Of a stretch of 6,666 nt of DNA, positions 5,718-6,666 are shown piece after piece (the stretch's first letter is position 1; each line of letters begins with the position of its first letter). This stretch comes from a virus. Lineage: Duplodnaviria > Heunggongvirae > Uroviricota > Caudoviricetes. Both the position numbers and the translations under genes were made by a program. The stretch lies in the IMG/VR virus record IMGVR_UViG_2706794694_000002. One strand, written 5' to 3'. Below the pieces are notes generated by a model, which was not told the DNA's origin, did not search any database, and saw only the letters and a list, made by a program, of their open reading frames with translations.

Positions 5718-6666
5718 TCTTCTCCTCCTCTGTTGATTGTCGCAGCCCGGATTCAAATGCCGCAGCCGCCCAGGCGGGCGGTTTAAGACCAGCTGCGCGG
5801 CGCTCCATCGTTTCACGGACCTGCTGGGCAAAAATTTCCTGATAGTCGTCACCGCGTTTCGCGCACTCTTTCTCGNNNNNNNNNNNNNNNNNNNNNNNNN
5901 NNNNNNNNNNNNNNNNNNNNNNNNNNNNNNNNNNNNNNNNNNNNNNNNNNNNNNNNNNNNNNNNNNNNNNNNNNNNNNNNNNNNNNNNNNNNNNNNNNNN
6001 NNNNNNNNNNNNNNNNNNNNNNNNNNNNNNNNNNNNNNNNNNNNNNNNNNNNNNNNNNNNNNNNNNNNNNNNNNNNNNNNNNNNNNNNNNNNNNNNNNNN
6101 NNNNNNNNNNNNNNNNNNNNNNNNNNNNNNNNNNNNNNNNNNNNNNNNNNNNNNNNNNNNNNNNNNNNNNNNNNNNNNNNNNNNNTCAAACACGGAGTAG
6201 CCGTTATCCGTGTCCTGAGCCGTCTGCAGGTTCAGTGAGTCCCCCGGCATCAGGTGCGGCACTTTTGCGCCTCCCAGACGGACCGGTGCTGCGGCGTAAT
6301 ACGCGGCAATTTCACCAATCCAGCCCGTCAGCCTTTCCCGCTGCTCCTTACTGTTCGCGCCCAGAATAAAATCCATCGCTGACTGCGTATCCAGCTCACT
6401 TTCAATGGTGGCGGCATACATCGCCTTCACAATGGCGCTCTGCAGCTGCGTGTTCTGCAGCGTGTCGAGCATCTTCATCTGCTCCATTACGCTGTAAAAC
6501 ACATTTGCACCGCGGGTCTGCCCGTCCTCCACGGGTTCAAAAACGTGAATGAACGAGGCGCGCCCGCCGGGTAACTCACGGGGTATCCATGTCCATTTCT
6601 GCGGCATCCAGCCAGGATAGCCGTCCTCGCTGACGTAATATCCCAGCGCCGCACCGCTGTCATTAA
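5698..6666 (-). CDS. B: Portal protein gpB (lambda-like), 5'-partial (start beyond the window end), interrupted by masked block 5876-6185
   Basis: Upstream visible part from 6664 to 6186: NDSGAALGYYVSEDGYPGWMPQKWTWIPRELPGG...QDTDNGYSVF. C-terminal part from 5875 to 5701: EKECAKRGDDYQEIFAQQVRETMERRAAGLKPPAWAAAAFESGLRQSTEEEKSDSRAA, stop TAA at 5700..5698. Both are recognised as lambda gpB. The B stop overlaps the C start by 20 nt. Confidence 0.9.
5876..6185. other. Masked/undetermined sequence (310 N) inside gene B
   Basis: Run of n characters. 310 leaves remainder 1 on division by 3, so the two visible parts of B are in different frames here. Confidence 1.

Noticed and set aside
5718-5852. 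N-terminal extension of C (MTTIRKFLPSRSVKRW...) in the ORF track
   Set aside because: This stretch is the 3' end of B read in the C frame. The strong SD and GTG at 5717 mark the real C start, with the canonical 20-nt B/C overlap.
1-6666. Chi sites (GCTGGTGG or its complement), CRISPR repeats, tRNA/rRNA genes, IS elements and long direct repeats
   Set aside because: A visual scan of both strands found none. The scan was manual, so a short motif could have been missed, but the absence of Chi is also consistent with a lambda-type left arm.

Overview
This 6,666-bp window is a contiguous block of a bacteriophage-lambda-type late (morphogenesis) operon, with every gene on the minus strand. In transcription order (high to low coordinate) it holds portal B (5'-partial), protease/scaffold C with nested Nu3, decoration protein D, major capsid protein E, FI, FII, Z, U, major tail protein V, tail chaperone G, and the G-T -1 frameshift site with the first codons of the T frame. 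The proteins are recognised from memory of the lambda sequences; no database search was possible. Gene order and intergenic spacing (9, 55, 41, 11, 11, 4-nt overlap, 15 nt) match lambda as I recall it, and a few residues differ from my recollection, so this is probably a lambda relative or lambdoid prophage. Three N-masked blocks (1168-1440, 3367-3748, 5876-6185) interrupt U/V, E and B; the X-containing ORFs in the supplied track are artefacts of these blocks. I find no evidence of a novel or undescribed system in the visible sequence: there is no unexplained coding space, and the masked blocks are too short and too tightly flanked by known genes to hide an inserted gene. The most interesting non-coding observations are two strand-specific RNA hairpins in the only two long intergenic regions, which bracket the major capsid gene E. 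Both hairpins are followed by U-rich tracts and are terminator-like.
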